From NCBI RefSeq assembly GCF_009914755.1, contig NC_060929.1: a DNA stretch of 64,000 nucleotides; one strand, written 5' to 3'. Each line of letters starts with the position of its first letter. Position 1 is the stretch's first letter. This DNA is from the human T2T-CHM13v2.0 reference genome, Homo sapiens. Below the pieces are notes generated by a model. It did no database searches. It saw nothing but the letters and a program-made list of their open reading frames with translations, and had not been told where the DNA came from. Positions 54,440-64,000 of this stretch are shown here, piece after piece. The position numbers were made by a program, and so were the translations under genes.

Positions 54440-55097
54440 TGACCAGACTGGTCTCGAACTCCTGACCTCAGGCAATCCGCCTGCCTCAGCCTCCCAAAGT
54501 GCTGGTATTACAGGTGTGAGCCACCGTGCCCGGCCAGGAAATAGATTTCTTAACTCTCAGATCTCCATTAAATTGGCATGTCTAGACCTGTATTTGCAGT
54601 CTAGTTATATTTGCACAGTAACAAGTACTGGAGCAGCGCCCTCTCTGATGGAAAGTAGCTCCTGCTGATTGAGTCCCTGCTACATGCCAGGTGTTGTGCC
54701 CGATGCTTTGCCTTTAGTGTCCCACGGAACATTTAGACTATATTTACGAGGTCAGAAATGGTAAGTGTCTCACTGGAAGGCATGCCACTAGAGAGTTTCA
54801 GAGCCTGGAAATCAATCCATGTCTGATCCAAACCCTTACTCTGTTCCCTATCCCAGCTGCCTTAAGGCTCATTTTAATCATGTTGTCAACTTTCTAGCTC
54901 CCAGAGCTCACAGGAGAGACCTCAGGAGGTGGCTGGAGAGATAGAGCAACACTATTCAACTTGAACAGAATAAGACATATATGTTACTTGAAGATTTTCC
55001 AGTAGCCATATTAAAAAAAGTATAAAGAAACAGGTGCCGGGCGCGGTGGCTCACACCTGTAATCCCAGCACTTTGGGAGGCCAAGGCAGGCGGATCA

Positions 55098-55349
<252 letters not shown>

Positions 55350-55438
55350 TTAATTTTATTAATATAATTTATTTATCCAAATGTATTTCAAATATTATCA
55401 TTTCAACATGTTTTATTTTATTTTATTTTTATTTTTGA

Positions 55439-55895
<457 letters not shown>

Positions 55896-55898
55896 TAA

Positions 55899-56021
<123 letters not shown>

Positions 56022-56252
56022 TGAGTAGCTGCGACTACAGGCGCCCGCCACCACACCCAGCTAATTTTTGTATTCTTAGTAGAGATGGGGTTTCGCCATG
56101 TTGGCCATCTCCTGACCTCATGATCTGCCCGCCTTGGCCTCCCAAAGTGCTGGAATTATAGGAATAAGCCACCGCACCTGGCCTAATTTTACATTTAAAG
56201 TTAGCAACAGAGCTGAGGGGGGCAGACTGATGGATCCACTTCTTCCTCATAA

Positions 56253-56629
<377 letters not shown>

Positions 56630-56859
56630 TGAACCACCGCGCCCATTCCACAAATTCTTATTATATAGAAACTGTGGCATTGTCACTGTTGGCAGCTAAT
56701 CTAAGAAAAATTGTAAACATTGTGCCGGCCAAACAAAATATGCCTGCAGGCCACCAGTCTGCAGCCTGATGACAGCCTACTTCTAGTTGTCCAACTTGTA
56801 GTAAGGATATTCACTTCCACCCATTGTTTGATCTAACCTCTCTCCTGGCTTCATTCTAA

Positions 56860-57251
<392 letters not shown>

Positions 57252-57288
57252 TAATCTCAGCACTTTGGGAGGCCGAGGTGGTGGATCA

Positions 57289-57660
<372 letters not shown>

Positions 57661-57815
57661 TTAGCCAGAACGTGGTGGCATGCACCTATAGTCCCAGCTA
57701 CTCCAGAGGCTAAGGTGGGAGGATGGCTTGAGCCTGGGAGGCTGAGGCTGCAACTTTGTCTCAGAAAAAGCCTCTAACCTTAACATGTTATGTAATTAAG
57801 GGTTAAGCCACTTGA

Positions 57816-57995
<180 letters not shown>

Positions 57996-58174
57996 TAGTA
58001 GAGATGGGGTTTCTCCATGTTGGTCAGGCTGGTCTTGAACTCCTGACCTCAGGTGATCTGACCACCTCAGCCTCCCAAAGTGTTGGGATTACAGGTGTGA
58101 GCCACCGTGCCCAGCCAATTGTCCCATTTTTTAATGTCACTGGATACCTTATCATGGGTACACTTCTTGCTCTC

Positions 58175-58945
58175 TGTAATGGGTTGACTAGTGGTTACAA
58201 AAAAGATATGGCTATGCTTCAGCCCCCAGAGCCTTTGAATATGACCTTATTTGGAAAAAGAGTCTTTACAAATATAATTTTTTCTTGAGACAGGGTCCCT
58301 CTCTGTCACCCAGGCTGGAGTGCAGTGGCAAGATCACAGCTCACTGCAGGTTTGACCTCCTAGGCTCAAGTGATCCTCCCACCTCAGCCTCTAAGTAGCT
58401 GGGACTACAGGTATGCATCACCACACCTAGCCAATTTTTAAATTTTTTTGTAGAGATTGGATCTCACTATGTTGCCCAGGTTGATCTCCAACTCCTGGGC
58501 TCAAATGATCCTCCCACCTCAGCCTCCAAGAGTTCTGGGATTACAGACATAAGCCACTGCACCTAGCTGCAAATATAACTAATGTAAAGATCTTGAGATG
58601 AGATCATTCTGGGGTGAATTATCCAGGATTACCTGGGAGGGCCCTAAATCCAGGTGACATGAATCTTCGTAAGAGTCAGGAGAGTAGAAAAGACATCAGA
58701 GGAGAAATCTGTGTGAAGATGGAAACAGAGACTGACGAGAATGATGCAGCCACAAGCCAAGGAATGTCTGGAGCCACCAGAAGCTGGGAGAAGCAAGGAA
58801 GGATTCTCCCCTAGAACCTCTGGAGGGAACACAGCCCTGCTGTCACCTTGATTTTGGACTTCTGACCTCTGGAACTGTGAGAGAATAATGGAAAAGCCAT
58901 ATTAATTTGTGGCAATTTGTTACAGAAGCCATAAGAATGAACATA
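58175..58945 (+). mobile_element. MLT1B/C-type MaLR LTR with an Alu insert
   Basis: tgtaatgggttga...gaccttatttggaaa...gccacaagccaaggaatg...ttggacttctgacctctggaactgtgagagaata. Confidence 0.75.
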
Positions 58946-59095
58946 CTCCCCCTGATATGGCCAGCTCTTTAAAGACAGAGGCCCCTTTGTATGGGGTCTT
59001 TGTATGGGGTCTTTCCTTTATCTGGAGAAAAGTATCTGGTGCAGAGAAAAGAATGCCAAAAGTTGAGTCAAATTTCCCAGGTTTTATTTTATTTG

Positions 59096-59098
<3 letters not shown>

Positions 59099-59149
<51 letters not shown>
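59099..59149. repeat. (AT)n microsatellite at an Alu tail
   Basis: About 25 AT units. Confidence 0.95.
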
Positions 59150-59152
<3 letters not shown>

Positions 59153-60029
59153 TTATTTTTGAGACAGAGTCTCACTGTGTCACCCAGGCTGGAGTGCAGT
59201 GGTGCCATCTCTGCCTCCTGGGTTCAAGTGATTCTCCTGCCTCAGCTTCCTGAGTAGCTGGGATTACAGGTGCCCACCACCAGGTCCAGTTAATTTTTGT
59301 GTTTTTATTAGAGATGGGGTTTCACCATGTTGGCCAGGCTGGTCTTGATCTCCTGACCTCAGGTGATCTGCCCACCTTGGCCTCCCACAGTGCTGGGATT
59401 ACAGGTGTGAGCCACCGTGGCTGGCTTAAAATGATAATATCTTTTATTCTTCTGTTTTAGGCACTGTTCTAAGCACTTTTAAGGGTATTAACTAATTTCA
59501 TCTTAAATATAATGGCATGAGATAGACTTTATTATTATAATAATTTTATAACTTGGGAAACAGCATCAAAAAGAAGTTTAGTAATATTTTGTCCAAGGTC
59601 ATTCAGCTGATAAGTGGCAGGCATTTACTCGCACAAACTCTGGGCCAGGCCTTATGATACATGTTGGATACAAAATTGAATGAAACCTGTCTCCTGCCTC
59701 CAAGAACCCACTAAAAAGTACATGAAAACTGTTAATGCAATGTCTTAAGATTAATAATATGTTTCAGCTACAAAAAACCATCTGCTCATTCTAGTGGTAT
59801 GGCATCTTAATAATCCTAGGGGAACGTTTTCTATTATTTCATTGGGAATTATTTTTAAACAAAAATGACAGATGCAGATGTTGATAAAAGTTAAACACTT
59901 TAGAAACGTCAATTAAGGCACGTGCTTAAAAGCACCCATAGGATTTGGTAGCTAGGAGCTCACCAGTGGCATTCACTGGAGCTGGAAACAGGCAGAGGCA
60001 ATGACAATAGGGTTTTGGAGGGAGATTGA

Positions 60030-60050
60030 GGTGCTGTCCATGGTTCTGAA
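60030..60050 (-). promoter_or_regulatory. Candidate REST/NRSF RE1 element
   Basis: Minus strand TTCAGAACCATGGACAGCACC versus consensus TTCAGCACCAYGGACAGCRCC (1 mismatch). Confidence 0.7.
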
Positions 60051-60165
60051 CCATTCTAGACTGGTACTATCAACTGTATCAAGAACCTGTGTGTGGGGTT
60101 GGGGGGTGGGGGTGTGGAGGTTTTTTTTTTTTTTTTTTGAGATGGAGTCTCGCTCTGTCACCTAG

Positions 60166-60324
<159 letters not shown>

Positions 60325-60489
60325 TAGACAGGATAGTCTCGATCTCCTGACCTCGTGATCCGCCCGCCTCGGCCTTCCAAACTGCTGGGATCACAGGCGT
60401 GAGCCACCGTGCCCGGCCATTGTTGTTGTTTAAATTCCCAACCCCTCACAAATGAGTATTTTTGTAAAATCCAATAAAAAATAAAACTG

Positions 60490-60792
<303 letters not shown>

Positions 60793-60795
60793 TTA

Positions 60796-60952
<157 letters not shown>

Positions 60953-61140
60953 GTTAAATTAAACTAAAAAAAAAAAACCAGATCATGTGCTTGGATGTTA
61001 TACCAATGTCAAATGTCTATAAAAATTTCCTAAACAAGGCCGGGCATGGTGGCTCACGCCTATAATCCCAGCACTTTGGGAGGCCGAGGAGAGCGGATCA
61101 CGAGGTCAGGAGATTGAGACCATCCTGGCTAACACGGTCA

Positions 61141-61387
<247 letters not shown>

Positions 61388-61440
61388 CTAAACAATTACT
61401 CCCAATCTCCTCTCCCCTCCCCTCCCCTTTTCTTTCTTGA

Positions 61441-61569
<129 letters not shown>

Positions 61570-62018
61570 TAGCTAATTTTTTTTTTTTTCTGTAGAGATG
61601 GGATTTTTCTGTGTTGCCCAGGCTGCTTTCAAGCTCCTGGGCTCAAGGAATCTGCCTCAACCTCCTGAAGTGCTGTACTGCAGGCATGAGCCACTGAACC
61701 TGGTTCAAATTTCTATACTTACCTTGTTGCAGACCTGTAACAAACTTGAGAGACCAGGGCTGGCCCGCAGATCACACTGTGTATTGCACTGTGCCATGGC
61801 AGTGGTCCAGTGGTCAGACTGCCCATAGAAATACCCTAAAGGATAAAAAGGAAAAATTCTTAGGGCTTGCAGTGACATGCATGTAGGGAGATAGTGCACC
61901 AGTGGCTTCACAGCAATATTGCCAAGCCCGTAACCCAGACATTAGGAAGGGTGATGTGGTTTTCCAAGTAGCAAATGTATTGTGCTGATAGAACAATCTG
62001 TTTCTGAGCGATGACACA

Positions 62019-62770
62019 TGATATAGTTTGGATATCTGTCCCCTTCAAATCCCATGTTGAAATTTGATCACCAGTGTTGTAGGTGGGGCCTGGCAGCAGG
62101 TGTTTGTATTGTATTTGTATTGTGGGATTGGATCCATAATGAATGGTTTGGTGCCATTCTAGAGAGAGTGAGTGAGTTCTCACTCTTAGTTCGCAGGAGA
62201 ACTGCTTATTGAAAGAGCCTGGGCCAGGTGTGGTGGCTCACGCCTGTAATCCAAGCACTTTGGGAGGCCAAGGCAGGTGGATCACTTGAGATCACGAGTT
62301 CGAGACCAGCCTGGCCTACATGGTGACGCCCCATCTCTACTAAAAAAAATACAAAAATTAGCTGGGCATGGTGGAGGGAGCCTGTAGTCCCAACTACTCA
62401 GGAGGCTGAGTCAGGAGAATAGCTTGAACCTGGGAAGAGGAGATTGCAGTGAGCCAAGATCATGCCATTGCACTTCAGCATGGGCGACAGAGTGAGACTC
62501 TGTCTCAAAAATAATAAAAATAAATAAATATTTTTTAAAAAGGAGTCTGACAGCTCCTCTTTCTATTGTTTCCTTCCTCTTGCCATGTGATGCCTGCTTT
62601 CCTTTCCCTTCCACCGTGAGTGGAAGCTTCCTGAGGCCCTCACCAGAAACAGTTGCTGGTGCCACGCTTCTTGTGCAGCCTGCAGAACCATGAGCCAAAT
62701 GGACTTCTTTTCCTTATAAATTACCCAGGCTCAGGCATTCCTTTATGGCAACACAAATGGAATAAGACAA
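62019..62770 (+). mobile_element. MST-type MaLR LTR with an Alu insert
   Basis: tgatatagtttggatatctgtcccc...aaattacccaggctcaggcattcctttatggcaacacaaatggaataagaca. Confidence 0.8.
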
Positions 62771-63254
62771 CGCGGCTGGGAATGTAAGATAAGAGCAGTG
62801 GGTCCACTACTCTGGGATCCTCTCACTTGGGAGTGATCTCATTCTGCACTGGCTGCCAAGACACCGAACTTGGATGCCATCTGTGGCAACACTGGGGAGC
62901 TCCATCATTCACTCCACCTGTGGCTCCCCCAGGACTCTGGTAGGCTTCTACTAACTGCTGTGCCCCTTCTGAAGGATGCCTCCAACCTCCATTCCTGCCC
63001 TCTCATCCACCTACTTCCTATACACCCCTCAAGACCCACGTCCAGCAGTACTGTCTCAAGTGTTTCATCTCCTGGGCTCCTTGGGCCTTGTAAATCCCTC
63101 TATCACAGTGTTAACTGTGTTCAGTTACAATTGTCCATTTACAAGCATGTTCTGCAGGGGCTTATAGCTGGGAGAGATTCTGCCACAAATTCTGTGCTCC
63201 ACCAAGCCTCACACAGATCCAGGAACAACTTGAGTGGGCAGTGGATGTTTAGTG

Positions 63255-63432
63255 ACAGAAAGGGAAGAGAGACAAAGAAAAGAGAAAGGAGAGCATATGG
63301 AGGAAAAAGGCAGAAGAGAGGGGGGAAAGAGAAAGATAAGGTAGAAGAAGAAAGAGTGAATGAGAGACAGAGAAAGAAGGAGGAGGAAGGAAGAAAGCAA
63401 GGAGGAAGGAGGGAGGAGAGAAAAAAGAGGAA
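63255..63432 (+). repeat. GA-rich low-complexity polypurine tract
   Basis: Almost exclusively A/G over ~175 bp. Confidence 0.85.
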
Positions 63433-64000
63433 TGATAAATCATAATTACAGGGAAGCTAAAATCTTTATACTCTACATCTGGATATTCTTGTGATTCCCC
63501 CACCATTATTCCCATTAGTCATCTTGAACTGGGGGTAGTCGGGGAGGGGATGCATCAGGGATAGAATGTTCAGGACACAGAGCCAGAGCTTCCATGTGCA
63601 GCTCTTCTGCTCTGGTGCTGGGTGGATTCTGTTGGTTTGCTGGTGACCTCCACATCACCCCCGGCACACAACTTCTCTCCCCTCTGAACCACTCATCTTC
63701 CTCTCTGGCCTGTGGAAAAACACCTTCTATTCCCTATAAGCCTCTCTACAAAGGGATTTCCTATCAGAGTTCTTTCCCCTGTGCTCTCTGTCCCAGAACA
63801 CCCAGGCCCTGGAGGGGAGAGGTGGTGCTGAATCCAGGAGCATCAGGAACAGTGTCACGCCAGACCTGGAGCCTCTGGGCCTGCCTCGCCTTCCCACTGG
63901 GCTCTACTGCTCACACTGGTCCCCCAGTAGATTCCCCCTGGTGAATTTCCTGAAAGGCCCCATGATCTCTCCCTCTAGTCCATCCCTCCTTAGGCTTCCA

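Noticed and set aside
54633-54651. CTCF-like sequence (minus strand CCATCAGAGAGGGCGCTGC)
   Set aside because: Only the 3' half matches the core motif; cannot be supported without ChIP data.
62870-63445. 191-aa ORF with a charged C-terminus
   Set aside because: Non-ATG start, and the K/E/R tail comes from the GA-rich low-complexity tract.

Overview
This is human (primate) genomic DNA. The left half holds the complete coding region of FAM193B on the minus strand: 9 coding exons from ATG 32717 to TGA 234, 2709 nt, 902 aa. I checked every junction by hand; all are GT-AG and phase-consistent. The gene has a CpG-island promoter with a (GCC)12 repeat in its 5'UTR. The right half (about 33.1-64 kb) is repeat-dense upstream sequence with no credible protein gene. 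It contains many Alus, an ERVL pol remnant, an SVA nested in an AluY inside a MER91A-like element, solo LTR13 and LTR10C-like LTRs with target-site duplications, and MaLR LTRs. Most notable signals: (1) a 50-bp near-perfect hairpin in intron 6 (7434-7557) that buries the 5' splice site of a candidate 94-nt frameshifting 'poison' exon; (2) the 5'UTR CGG repeat lies in open polyGly, in-frame polyAla and antisense AUG-initiated polyAla frames; (3) the Alu layout predicts an exon 2-4 circRNA; (4) a near-consensus REST site and an LTR-borne p53-like decamer array. Repeat family names are from recalled consensus sequences, not a database search, and repeat boundaries are approximate unless a TSD is given.
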